Source: Auanema rhodensis (Eukaryota > Animalia > Nematoda). From it: 64,000 bases of DNA. The stretch covers positions 19,468,001 to 19,532,000 of the forward strand of contig OZ059895.1 in NCBI GenBank assembly GCA_964057225.1, written 5' to 3'. Of the stretch, positions 29,901 to 44,800 are shown piece by piece. The notes beneath the pieces are model-generated. The model worked only from the letters and a program-made list of their open reading frames with translations. It was not told the DNA's origin and searched no databases. A program made the position numbers and the translations under genes. Numbering within the stretch: position 1 is the stretch's first letter; every line of letters starts with the position of its first letter.

Positions 29901-32900
29901 TTGAAAACCGCATCTCTTTCTCTTTGACGTGAAGCGAGTTACATACCAAGTGCACAACACGTGTACACTTAATTAGCATAAATTAAAGTTCACGTAAATT
30001 TCAAAGTCATGGTTACCATGCACCAATATCAATAAAAATTTGTTTTTAGAATAATATGGACATGGGGAATCTAATTTTGAAAACCACATCTCTTTATCTT
30101 TCACGTGAAGCGAGTTACATACCAAGTGCACATCACGTGTACATTTAATTAGCATAAATTAAAGTTCACGTAAATTTCAAAGTCATGGTTACCATGCACC
30201 AATATCAATAAAAATTTGTTTTAAGACTAATATGGACATGAGAAATCTAATTTTGAAAACCGCATCTCTTCATCTTTCACGTGAAGCGAGTTACATATCA
30301 AGTGCACATCACGTGTACACTTAATTAGCATAAATTAAAGTTCACGTAAATTTCAAAGTCATGGTTAACATGCACCAATATCAATAAAAATTTGTTTTTA
30401 GACTAATATGGACATGGGGAATCTAATTTTGAAAACCGCATCTCTTTATCTTTCACGTGAAGCGAACTACATACCAAGTGCACATCACGTGTACATTTAA
30501 TTAGCATAAATTAAAGTTCACGTAAATTTCAAAGTCATGGTTACCATGCACCAATATCAATAAAAATTTGTTTTTAGACTAATATGGACATGGGGAATCT
30601 AATTTTGAAAACCACATCTCTTTATCTTTCACGTGAAGCGAGTTACATACCAAGTGCACATCACGTGTACATTGAATTAGCATAAATTAAAGTTCACGTA
30701 AATTTCAAAGTCATGGTTACCATGCACCAATATCAATAAAAATTTGTTATTAGACTAATATGGACATGGGGAATCTAATTTTGAAAACCACATCTCTTTA
30801 TCTTCCACGTGAAGCGAGTTACATACCAAGTGCACATCACGTGTACATTTAATTAGCATAAATTAAAGTTCACGTAAATTTCAAAGTCATGGTTACCATG
30901 CACCAATATCAATAAAAACTTGTTTTTAGACTAATATGGACATGGGGAATCTATTTTTGAAAACCGCATCTCTTCATCTTTCACGTGAAGCGAGTTACAT
31001 ACCAAGTGCACATCACGTGTACACTTAATTAGCATAAATTAAAGTTCACGTAAATTTCGAAGTCATGGTTAACATGCACTAATATCAATAAAAATTTGTT
31101 TTTAGACTAATATGGACATGGGGAATCTAATTTTGAAAACCGCATCTCTTTATCTTTCACGTGAAGCGAGTTACATACCAAGTGCACATCACGTGTACAT
31201 TTAATTAGCATAAATTAAAGTTCACGTAAATTTCAAAGTCATGGTTACCATGCACCAATATCAATAAAAATTTGTTTTAAGACTAATATGGACATGAGAA
31301 ATCTAATTTTGAAAACCGCATCTCTTCATCTTTCACGTGAAGCGAGTTACATATCAAGTGCACATCACGTGTACACTTAATTAGCATAAATTAAAGTTCA
31401 CGTAAATTTCAAAGTCATGGTTAACATGCACCAATATCAATAAAAATTTGTTTTTAGACTAATATGGACATGGGGAATCTAATTTTGAAAACCGCATCTC
31501 TTTATCTTTCACGTGAAGCGAACTACATACCAAGTGCACATCACGTGTACATTTAATTAGCATAAATTAAAGTTCACGTAAATTTCAAAGTCATGGTTAC
31601 CATGCACCAATATCAATAAAAATTTGTTTTTAGACTAATATGGACATGGGGAATCTAATTTTGAAAACCGCATCTCTTCATCTTTCACGTGAAGCGAGTT
31701 ACATATCAAGTGCACATCACGTGTACACTTAATTAGCATAAATTAAAGTTCACGTAAATTTCAAAGTCATGGTTAACATGCACCAATATCAATAAAAATT
31801 TGTTTTTAGACTAATATGGACATGGGGAATCTAATTTTGAAAACCGCATCTCTTTATCTTTCACGTGAAGCGAGTTACATACCAAGTGCACATCACGTGT
31901 ACATTTAATTAGCATAAATTAAAGTTCACGTAAATTTCAAAGTCATGGTTACCATGCACCAATATCAATAAAAATTTGTTTTTAGACTAATATGGACATG
32001 GGGAATCTAATTTTGAAAACCACATCTCTTTATCTTTCACGTGAAGCGAGTTACATACCAAGTGCACATCACGTGTACATTGAATTAGCATAAATTAAAG
32101 TTCACGTAAAGTTCGAAGTCATGGTTAACATGCACCAATATCAATAAAAATTTGTTTTAAGACTAATATGGACATGAGAAATCTAATTTTGAAAACCGCA
32201 TCTCTTCATCTTTCACGTGAAGCGAGTTACATATCAAGTGCACATCACGTGTACACTTAATTAGCATAAATTAAAGTTCACGTAAATTTCAAAGTCATGG
32301 TTAACATGCACCAATATCAATAAAAATTTGTTTTTAGACTAATATGGACATGGGGAATCTAATTTTGAAAACCGCATCTCTTTATCTTTCACGTGAAGCG
32401 AGTTACATACCAAGTGCACATCACGTGTACATTTAATTAGCATAAATTAAAGTTCACGTGAATTTCAAAGTCATGGTTACCATGCACCAATATCAATAAA
32501 AATTTGTTTTAAGACTAATATGGACATGAGAAATCTAATTTTGAAAACCGCATCTCTTCATCTTTCACGTGAAGCGAGTTACATATCAAGTGCACATCAC
32601 GTGTACACTTAATTAGCATAAATTAAAGTTCACGTAAATTTCAAAGTCATGGTTAACATGCACCAATATCAATAAAAATTTGTTTTTAGACTAATATGGA
32701 CATGGGGAATCTAATTTTGAAAACCACATCTCTTTATCTTTCACGTGAAGCGAGTTACATACCAAGTGCACATCACGTGTACATTTAATTAGCATAAATT
32801 AAAGTTCACGTAAATTTCAAAGTCGTGGTTAACATGCACCAATATCAATAAAAATTTGTTTTTAGACTAATATGGACATGGGAATCTAATTTTGAAAACC

Positions 32901-35900
32901 ACATCTCTTTATCTTTCACGTGAAGCGAGTTACATACCAAGTGCACATCACGTGTACATTTAATTAGCATAAATTAAAGTTCACGTAAATTTCAAAGTCA
33001 TGGTTAACATGCACCAATATCAATAAAAATTTTTTTTAGACTAATATGGACATGGGGAATCTGATTTTGAAAACCGCATCTCTTTATCTTTCACGTGAAG
33101 CGAGTTACATACCAAGTGCACATCACGTGTACACTTAATTAGCATAAATTAAAGTTCACGTAAATTTCAAAGTCATGGTTACCATGCACCAATATCAATA
33201 AAAATTTTTAGACTAATATGGACATGGGGAATCTAATTTTGAAAACCACATCTCTTTATCTTTCACGTGAAGCGAGTTACATACCAAGTGCACATCACGT
33301 GTACATTGAATTAGCATAAATTAAAGTTCACGTAAATTTCAAAGTCATGGTTACCATGCACCAATATCAATAAAAATTTGTTTTTAGACTAATATGGACA
33401 TGGGGAATCTAATTTTGAAAACCACATCTCTTTATCTTTCACGTGAAGCGAGTTACATACCAAGTGCACATCACGTGTACATTTAATTAGCATAAATTAA
33501 AGTTCACGTAAATTTCAAAGTCATGGTTAACATGCACCAATATCAATAAAAATTTGTTTTTAGACTAATATGGACATGGGGAATCTAATTTTGAAAACCG
33601 CATCTCTTTATCTTTCACGTGAAGCGAGTTACATACCAAGTGCACATCACGTGTACATTTAATTAGCATAAATTAAAGTTCACGTAAATTTCAAAGTCGT
33701 GGTTACCATGCACCAATATCAAAAAAAATTTGTTTTAAGACTAATATGGACATGAGAAATCTAATTTTGAAAACCGCATCTCTTCATCTTTCACGTGAAG
33801 CGAGTTACATATCAAGTGCACATCACGTGTACACTTAATTAGCATAAATTAAAGTTCACGTAAATTTCAAAGTCTTGGTTAACATGCACCAATATCAATA
33901 AAAATTTGTTTTAAGACTAATATGGACATGGGGAATCTAATTTTGAAAACTGCATCTCTTTATCTTTCACGTGAAGCGAGTTACATACCAAGTGCACATC
34001 ACGTGTACACTTAATTAGCATAAATTAAAGTTCACGTAAATTTCAAAGTCATGGTTACCATGCACCAATATCAATAAAAATTTGTTTTTAGAATAATATG
34101 GACATGGGGAATCTAATTTTGAAAACCACATCTCTTTATCTTTCACGTGAAGCGAGTTACATACCAAGTGCACATCACGTGTACATTTAATTAGCATAAA
34201 TTAAAGTTCACGTAAATTTCAAAGTCGTGGTTAACATGCACCAATATCAATAAAAATTTGTTTTTAGACTAATATGGACATGGGAATCTAATTTTGAAAA
34301 CCACATCTCTTTATCTTTCACGTGAAGCGAGTTACATACCAAGTGCACATCACGTGTACACTTAATTAGCATAAATTAAAGTTCACGTAAATTTCAAAGT
34401 CATGGTTAACATGCACCAATATCAATAAAAATTTGTTTTTAGACTAATATGGACATGGGGAATCTAATTTTGAAAACCACATCTCTTTATCTTTCACGTG
34501 AAGCGAGTTACATACCAAGTGCACATCACGTGTACATTTAATTAGCATAAATTAAAGTTCACGTAAATTTCAAAGTCATGGTTAACATGCACCAATATCA
34601 ATAAAAATTTGTTTTTAGAATAATATGGACATGGGGAATCTAATTTTGAAAACCACATCTCTTTATCTTTCACGTGAAGCGAGTTACATACCAAGTGCAC
34701 ATCACGTGTACATTTAATTAGCATAAATTAAAGTTCACGTAAATTTCAAAGTCATGGTTAACATGCACCAATATCAATAAAAATTTGTTTTTAGACTAAT
34801 ATGGACATGGGGAATCTAATTTTGAAAACCGCATCTCTTTCTCTTTGACGTGAAGCGAGTTACATACCAAGTGCACAACACGTGTACACTTAATTAGCAT
34901 AAATTAAAGTTCACGTAAATTTCAAAGTCATGGTTACCATGCACCAATATCAATAAAAATTTGTTTTTAGAATAATATGGACATGGGGAATCTAATTTTG
35001 AAAACCACATCTCTTTATCTTTCACGTGAAGCGAGTTACATACCAAGTGCACATCACGTGTACATTTAATTAGCATAAATTAAAGTTCACGTAAATTTCA
35101 AAGTCATGGTTACCATGCACCAATATCAATAAAAATTTGTTTTAAGACTAATATGGACATGAGAAATCTAATTTTGAAAACCGCATCTCTTCATCTTTCA
35201 CGTGAAGCGAGTTACATATCAAGTGCACATCACGTGTACACTTAATTAGCATAAATTAAAGTTCACGTAAATTTCAAAGTCATGGTTAACATGCACCAAT
35301 ATCAATAAAAATTTGTTTTTAGACTAATATGGACATGGGGAATCTAATTTTGAAAACCGCATCTCTTTATCTTTCACGTGAAGCGAACTACATACCAAGT
35401 GCACATCACGTGTACATTTAATTAGCATAAATTAAAGTTCACGTAAATTTCAAAGTCATGGTTACCATGCACCAATATCAATAAAAATTTGTTTTTAGAC
35501 TAATATGGACATGGGGAATCTAATTTTGAAAACCACATCTCTTTATCTTTCACGTGAAGCGAGTTACATACCAAGTGCACATCACGTGTACATTGAATTA
35601 GCATAAATTAAAGTTCACGTAAATTTCAAAGTCATGGTTACCATGCACCAATATCAATAAAAATTTGTTATTAGACTAATATGGACATGGGGAATCTAAT
35701 TTTGAAAACCACATCTCTTTATCTTCCACGTGAAGCGAGTTACATACCAAGTGCACATCACGTGTACATTTAATTAGCATAAATTAAAGTTCACGTAAAT
35801 TTCAAAGTCATGGTTACCATGCACCAATATCAATAAAAACTTGTTTTTAGACTAATATGGACATGGGGAATCTATTTTTGAAAACCGCATCTCTTCATCT

Positions 35901-38900
35901 TTCACGTGAAGCGAGTTACATACCAAGTGCACATCACGTGTACACTTAATTAGCATAAATTAAAGTTCACGTAAATTTCGAAGTCATGGTTAACATGCAC
36001 TAATATCAATAAAAATTTGTTTTTAGACTAATATGGACATGGGGAATCTAATTTTGAAAACCGCATCTCTTTATCTTTCACGTGAAGCGAGTTACATACC
36101 AAGTGCACATCACGTGTACATTTAATTAGCATAAATTAAAGTTCACGTAAATTTCAAAGTCATGGTTACCATGCACCAATATCAATAAAAATTTGTTTTA
36201 AGACTAATATGGACATGAGAAATCTAATTTTGAAAACCGCATCTCTTCATCTTTCACGTGAAGCGAGTTACATATCAAGTGCACATCACGTGTACACTTA
36301 ATTAGCATAAATTAAAGTTCACGTAAATTTCAAAGTCATGGTTAACATGCACCAATATCAATAAAAATTTGTTTTTAGACTAATATGGACATGGGGAATC
36401 TAATTTTGAAAACCGCATCTCTTTATCTTTCACGTGAAGCGAACTACATACCAAGTGCACATCACGTGTACATTTAATTAGCATAAATTAAAGTTCACGT
36501 AAATTTCAAAGTCATGGTTACCATGCACCAATATCAATAAAAATTTGTTTTTAGACTAATATGGACATGGGGAATCTAATTTTGAAAACCGCATCTCTTG
36601 ATCTTTCACGTGAAGCGAGTTACATATCAAGTGCACATCACGTGTACACTTAATTAGCATAAATTAAAGTTCACGTAAATTTCAAAGTCATGGTTAACAT
36701 GCACCAATATCAATAAAAATTTGTTTTTAGACTAATATGGACATGGGGAATCTAATTTTGAAAACCGCATCTCTTTATCTTTCACGTGAAGCGAGTTACA
36801 TACCAAGTGCACATCACGTGTACATTTAATTAGCATAAATTAAAGTTCACGTAAATTTCAAAGTCATGGTTACCATGCACCAATATCAATAAAAATTTGT
36901 TTTTAGACTAATATGGACATGGGGAATCTAATTTTGAAAACCACATCTCTTTATCTTTCACGTGAAGCGAGTTACATACCAAGTGCACATCACGTGTAGA
37001 TTGAATTAGCATAAATTAAAGTTCACGTAAAGTTCGAAGTCATGGTTAACATGCACCAATATCAATAAAAATTTGTTTTAAGACTAATATGGACATGAGA
37101 AATCTAATTTTGAAAACCGCATCTCTTCATCTTTCACGTGAAGCGAGTTACATATCAAGTGCACATCACGTGTACACTTAATTAGCATAAATTAAAGTTC
37201 ACGTAAATTTCAAAGTCATGGTTAACATGCACCAATATCAATAAAAATTTGTTTTTAGACTAATATGGACATGGGGAATCTAATTTTGAAAACCGCATCT
37301 CTTTATCTTTCACGTGAAGCGAGTTACATACCAAGTGCACATCACGTGTACATTTAATTAGCATAAATTAAAGTTCACGTGAATTTCAAAGTCATGGTTA
37401 CCATGCACCAATATCAATAAAAATTTGTTTTAAGACTAATATGGACATGAGAAATCTAATTTTGAAAACCGCATCTCTTCATCTTTCACGTGAAGCGAGT
37501 TACATATCAAGTGCACATCACGTGTACACTTAATTAGCATAAATTAAAGTTCACGTAAATTTCAAAGTCATGGTTAACATGCACCAATATCAATAAAAAT
37601 TTGTTTTTAGACTAATATGGACATGGGGAATCTAATTTTGAAAACCACATCTCTTTATCTTTCACGTGAAGCGAGTTACATACCAAGTGCACATCACGTG
37701 TACATTTAATTAGCATAAATTAAAGTTCACGTAAATTTCAAAGTCGTGGTTAACATGCACCAATATCAATAAAAATTTGTTTTTAGACTAATATGGACAT
37801 GGGAATCTAATTTTGAAAACCACATCTCTTTATCTTTCACGTGAAGCGAGTTACATACCAAGTGCACATCACGTGTACATTTAATTAGCATAAATTAAAG
37901 TTCACGTAAATTTCAAAGTCATGGTTAACATGCACCAATATCAATAAAAATTTTTTTTAGACTAATATGGACATGGGGAATCTGATTTTGAAAACCGCAT
38001 CTCTTTATCTTTCACGTGAAGCGAGTTACATACCAAGTGCACATCACGTGTACACTTAATTAGCATAAATTAAAGTTCACGTAAATTTCAAAGTCATGGT
38101 TACCATGCACCAATATCAATAAAAATTTTTAGACTAATATGGACATGGGGAATCTAATTTTGAAAACCACATCTCTTTATCTTTCACGTGAAGCGAGTTA
38201 CATACCAAGTGCACATCACGTGTACATTGAATTAGCATAAATTAAAGTTCACGTAATATTCAAAGTCATGGTTACCATGCACCAATATCAATAAAAATTT
38301 GTTTTTAGACTAATATGGACATGGGGAATCTAATTTTGAAAACCACATCTCTTTATCTTTCACGTGAAGCGAGTTACATACCAAGTGCACATCACGTGTA
38401 CATTTAATTAGCATAAATTAAAGTTCACGTAAATTTCAAAGTCATGGTTAACATGCACCAATATCAATAAAAATTTGTTTTTAGACTAATATGGACATGG
38501 GGAATCTAATTTTGAAAACCGCATCTCTTTATCTTTCACGTGAAGCGAGTTACATACCAAGTGCACATCACGTGTACATTTAATTAGCATAAATTAAAGT
38601 TCACGTAAATTTCAAAGTCGTGGTTACCATGCACCAATATCAAAAAAAATTTGTTTTAAGACTAATATGGACATGAGAAATCTAATTTTGAAAACCGCAT
38701 CTCTTCATCTTTCACGTGAAGCGAGTTACATATCAAGTGCACATCACGTGTACACTTAATTAGCATAAATTAAAGTTCACGTAAATTTCAAAGTCTTGGT
38801 TAACATGCACCAATATCAATAAAAATTTGTTTTAAGACTAATATGGACATGGGGAATCTAATTTTGAAAACTGCATCTCTTTATCTTTCACGTGAAGCGA

Positions 38901-39520
38901 GTTACATACCAAGTGCACATCACGTGTACACTTAATTAGCATAAATTAAAGTTCACGTAAATTTCAAAGTCATGGTTACCATGCACCAATATCAATAAAA
39001 ATTTGTTTTTAGAATAATATGGACATGGGGAATCTAATTTTGAAAACCACATCTCTTTATCTTTCACGTGAAGCGAGTTACATACCAAGTGCACATCACG
39101 TGTACATTTAATTAGCATAAATTAAAGTTCACGTAAATTTCAAAGTCGTGGTTAACATGCACCAATATCAATAAAAATTTGTTTTTAGACTAATATGGAC
39201 ATGGGAATCTAATTTTGAAAACCACATCTCTTTATTTTTCACGTGAAGCGAGTTACATACCAAGTGCACATCACGTGTACACTTAATTAGCATAAATTAA
39301 AGTTCACGTAAATTTCAAAGTCATGGTTAACATGCACCAATATCAATAAAAATTTGTTTTTAGACTAATATGGACATGGGGAATCTAATTTTGAAAACCA
39401 CATCTCTTTATCTTTCACGTGAAGCGAGTTACATACCAAGTGCACATCACGTGTACATTTAATTAGCATAAATTAAAGTTCACGTAAATTTCAAAGTCAT
39501 GGTTAACATGCACCAATATC
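29875..39520 (+). repeat. Near-complete tandem duplication of a 28-monomer block; offset 4921
   Basis: Markers at +4921: 29957/34878, AGAATAAT 30051/34972 and 34093/39014. Also GAACTAC, GCACTAAT, AAAGTTCGAAG, the 4-bp deletion, TCTGATTT and AGTCTTGG. 4921 = 28x176 - 7, which matches four deletions (1+1+4+1). Confidence 0.96.
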
Positions 39521-40960
39521 AATGAAAATTTGTTTTTAGACTAATATGGACATGGGGAATCTAATTTTGAAAACCGCATCTCTTTATCTTTCACGTGAAG
39601 CGAGTTACATACCAAGTGCACATCACGTGTACATTTAATTAGCATAAATTAAAGTTCACGTAAATTTCAAAGTCATGGTTAACATGCACCAATATCAATA
39701 AAAATTTGTTTTTAGACTAATATGGACATGGGGAATCTAATTTTGAAAACCGCATCTCTTCATCTTTCACGTGAAGCGAGTTACATACCAAGTGCACATC
39801 ACGTGTACACTTAATTAGCATAAATTAAAGTTCACGTAAATTTCAAAGTCATGGTTAACATGCACCAATATCAATAAAAATTTGTTTTTAGACTAATATG
39901 GACATGGGGAATCTAATTTTGAAAACCACATCTCTTTATCTTTCACGTGAAGCGAGTTACATACCAAGTGCACATCACGTGTACATTTAATTAGCATAAA
40001 TTAAAGTTCACGTAAATTTCAAAGTCGTGGTTAACATGCACCAATATCAATAAAAATTTGTTTTTAGACTAATATGGACATGGGAATCTAATTTTGAAAA
40101 CCACATCTCTTTATTTTTCACGTGAAGCGAGTTACATACCAAGTGCACATCACGTGTACACTTAATTAGCATAAATTAAAGTTCACGTAAATTTCAAAGT
40201 CATGGTTAACATGCACCAATATCAATAAAAATTTGTTTTTAGACTAATATGGACATGGGGAATCTAATTTTGAAAACCACATCTCTTTATCTTTCACGTG
40301 AAGCGAGTTACATACCAAGTGCACATCACGTGTACATTTAATTAGCATAAATTAAAGTTCACGTAAATTTCAAAGTCATGGTTAACATGCACCAATATCA
40401 ATGAAAATTTGTTTTTAGACTAATATGGACATGGGGAATCTAATTTTGAAAACCGCATCTCTTTATCTTTCACGTGAAGCGAGTTACATACCAAGTGCAC
40501 ATCACGTGTACATTTAATTAGCATAAATTAAAGTTCACGTAAATTTCAAAGTCATGGTTAACATGCACCAATATCAATAAAAATTTGTTTTTAGACTAAT
40601 ATGGACATGGGGAATCTAATTTTGAAAACCGCATCTCTTCATCTTTCACGTGAAGCGAGTTACATACCAAGTGCACATCACGTGTACACTTAATTAGCAT
40701 AAATTAAAGTTCACGTAAATTTCAAAGTCATGGTTAACATGCACCAATATCAATAAAAATTTGTTTTTAGACTAATATGGACATGGGGAATCTAATTTTG
40801 AAAACCACATCTCTTTATCTTTCACGTGAAGCGAGTTACATACCAAGTGCACATCACGTGTACATTTAATTAGCATAAATTAAAGTTCACGTAAATTTCA
40901 AAGTCATGGTTAACATGCACCAATATCAATGAAAATTTGTTTTTAGACTAATATGGACAT
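39120..40960 (+). repeat. Tandem 5-monomer duplication; offset 879
   Basis: TTTATTTTTC variant at 39236 and 40115; AATGAAAA variant also paired. Confidence 0.88.
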
Positions 40961-41899
40961 GGGGAATCTAATTTTGAAAACCGCATCTCTTTATCGTTCA
41001 CGTGAAGCGAGTTACATACCAAGTGCACATCACGTGTACATTTAATTAGCATAAATTAAAGTTCACGTAAATTTCAAAGTCGTGGTTAACATGCACCAAT
41101 ATCAATAAAAATTTGTTTTTAGACTAATATGGACATGGGAATCTGATTTTGAAAACCAAATCTCTTTATCTTTCACGTGAAGCGAGTTACATACCAAGTG
41201 CACATCACGTATACATTTAATTAGCATAAATTAAAGTTCACGTAAATTTCAAAGTCATGGTTACCATGCACCAAGATCAAAAAAAATTTGTTTTAAGACT
41301 AATATAGACATGAGAAATCTAATTTTGAAAACCGCATCTCTTCATCTTTCACGTGAAGCGAGTTACATATCAAGTGCACATCACGTGTACACTTAATTAG
41401 CATAAATTAAAGTTCACGTAAATTTCAAAGTCATGGTTAACATGCACCAATATCAATAAAAATTTGTTTTAAGACTAATATGGACATGGGGAATCTAATT
41501 TTGAAAACTGCATCTCTTTATCTTTCACGTGAAGCGAGTTACATACCAAGTGCACATCACGTGTACATTTAATTAGCATAAATTAAAGTTCACGTAAATT
41601 TCAAAGTCATGGTTAACATGCACCAATATCAATAAAAATTTTTTTTAGACTAATATGGACATGGGGAATCTAATTTTGAAAACCGCATCTCTTTATCTTT
41701 CACGTGAAGCGAGTTACATACCAAGTGCACATCACGTGTACACTTAATTAGCATAAATTAAAGTTCACGTAAATTTCAAAGTCATGGTTACCATGCACCA
41801 ATATCAATAAAAATTTGTTTTTAGACTAATATGGACATGGGGAATCTAATTTTGAAAACCACATCTCTTTATCTTTCACGTGAAGCGAGTTACATACCA

Positions 41900-44800
41900 A
41901 GTGCACATCACGTGTACATTGAATTAGCATAAATTAAAGTTCACGTAAATTTCAAAGTCATGGTTACCATGCACCAATATCAATAAAAATTTGTTTTTAG
42001 ACTAATATGGACATGGGGAATCTAATTTTGAAAACCACATCTCTTTATCTTTCACGTGAAGCGAGTTACATACCAAGTGCACATCACGTGTACATTTAAT
42101 TAGCATAAATTAAAGTTCACGTAAATTTCAAAGTCATGGTTAACATGCACCAATATCAATAAAAATTTGTTTTTAGACTAATATGGACATGGGGAATCTA
42201 ATTTTGAAAACCGCATCTCTTTATCGTTCACGTCAAGCGAGTTACATACCAAGTGCACATCACGTGTACATTTAATTAGCATAAATTAAAGTTCACGTAA
42301 ATTTCAAAGTCGTGGTTACCATGCACCAATATCAAAAAAAATTTGTTTTAAGACTAATATGGACATGAGAAATCTAATTTTGAAAACCGCATCTCTTCAT
42401 CTTTCACGTGAAGCGAGTTACATATCAAGTGCACATCACGTGTACACTTAATTAGCATAAATTAAAGTTCACGTAAATTTCAAAGTCATGGTTAACATGC
42501 ACCAATATCAATAAAAATTTGTTTTAAGACTAATATGGACATGAGAAATCTAATTTTGAAAACCGCATCTCTTTATCTTTCACGTGAAGCGAGTTACATA
42601 TCAAGTGCACGTCACGTGTACACTTAATTAGCATAAATTAAAGTTCACGTAAATTTCAAAGTCATGGTTAACATGCACCAATATCAATAAAAATTTGTTT
42701 TAACACTAATGTGGACATGGGGAATCTAATTTTGAAAACTGCATCTCTTTATCTTTCACGTGAAGCGAGTTACATACCAAGAGCACATCACGTGTACACT
42801 TAATTAGCATAAATTAAAGTTCACGTAAATTTCAAAGTCATGGTTACCATGCACCAATATCAATAAAAATTTGTTTTTAGACTAATATGGACATGGGGAA
42901 TCTAATTTTGAAAACCACATCTCTTTATCTTTCACGTGAAGCGAGTTACATACCAAGTGCACATCACGTGTACATTTAATTAGCATAAATTAAAGTTCAC
43001 GTAAATTTCAAAGTCGTGGTTAACATGCACCAATATCAATAAAAATTTGTTTTTAGACTAATATGGACATGGGAATCTAATTTTGAAAACCACATCTCTT
43101 TATCTTTCACGTGAAGCGAGTTACATACCAAGTGCACATCACGTGTACATTTAATTAGCATAAATTAAAGTTCACGTAAATTTCAAAGTCATGGTTACCA
43201 TGCACCAATATCAAAAAAAATTTGTTTTAAGACTAATATGGACATGAGAAATCTAATTTTGAAAACCGCATCTCTTCATCTTTCACGTGAAACGAGTTAC
43301 ATATCAAGTGCACATCACGTGTACACTTAATTAGCATAAATTAAAGTTCACGTAAATTTCAAAGTCATGGTTAACATGCACCAATATTAATAAAAATTTG
43401 TTTTAAGACTAATATGGACATGGGGAATCTAATTTTGAAAACTGCATCTCTTTATCTTTCACGTGAAGCGAGTTACATACCAAGTGCACATCACGTGTAC
43501 ATTTAATTAGCATAAATTAAAGTTCACGTAAATTTCAAAGTCATGGTTAACATGCACCAATATCAATAAAAATTTTTTTTAGACTAATATGGACATGGGG
43601 AATCTAATTTTGAAAACCGCATCTCTTTATCTTTCACGTGAAGCGAGTTACATACCAAGTGCACATCACGTGTACACTTAATTAGCATAAATTAAAGTTC
43701 ACGTAAATTTCAAAGTCATGGTTACCATGCACCAATATCAATAAAAATTTGTTTTTAGACTAATATGGACATGGGGAATCTAATTTTGAAAACCACATCT
43801 CTTTATCTTTCACGTGAAGCGAGTTACATACCAAGTGCACATCACGTGTACATTGAATTAGCATAAATTAAAGTTCACGTAAATTTCAAAGTCATGGTTA
43901 CCATGCACCAATATCAATAAAAATTTGTTTTTAGACTAATATGGACACGGGGAATCTATTTTTGAAAACCGCATCTCTTTATCGTTCACGTGAAGCGAGT
44001 TACATACCAAGTGCACATCACGTGTACATTTAATTAGCATAAATTAAAGTTCACGTAAATTTCAAAGTCGTGGTTAACATGCACCAATATCAATAAAAAT
44101 TTGTTTTTAGACTAATATGGACATGGGAATCTGATTTTGAAAACCAAATCTCTTTATCTTTCACGTGAAGCGAGTTACATACCAAGTGCACATCACGTGT
44201 ACATTGAATTAGCATAAATTAAAGTTCACGTAAATTTCAAAGTCATGGTTACCATGCACCAATATCAATAAAAATTTGTTTTTAGACTAATATGGACATG
44301 GGGAATCTAATTTTGAAAACCACATCTCTTTATCTTTCACGTGAAGCGAGTTACATACCAAGTGCACATCACGTGTACATTTAATTAGCATAAATTAAAG
44401 TTCACGTAAATTTCAAAGTCATGGTTAACATGCACCAATATCAATAAAAATTTGTTTTTAGACTAATATGGACATGGGGAATCTAATTTTGAAAACCGCA
44501 TCTCTTTATCGTTCACGTCAAGCGAGTTACATACCAAGTGCACATCACGTGTACATTTAATTAGCATAAATTAAAGTTCACGTAAATTTCAAAGTCGTGG
44601 TTACCATGCACCAATATCAAAAAAAATTTGTTTTAAGACTAATATGGACATGAGAAATCTAATTTTGAAAACCGCATCTCTTCATCTTTCACGTGAAGCG
44701 AGTTACATATCAAGTGCACATCACGTGTACACTTAATTAGCATAAATTAAAGTTCACGTAAATTTCAAAGTCATGGTTAACATGCACCAATATCAATAAA

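Noticed and set aside
29973-39118. Five 60-aa minus-strand ORFs (MLIKCTRDVHLVC...) at 29973, 34015, 34542, 34894 and 38936
   Set aside because: Each spans just one satellite monomer. They exist only because a C-to-A variant (30051, 34093, 34620, 34972, 39014) turns a minus-strand TAG into TAT. Two pairs are duplicates at +4921. There is no recognisable domain or gene context.
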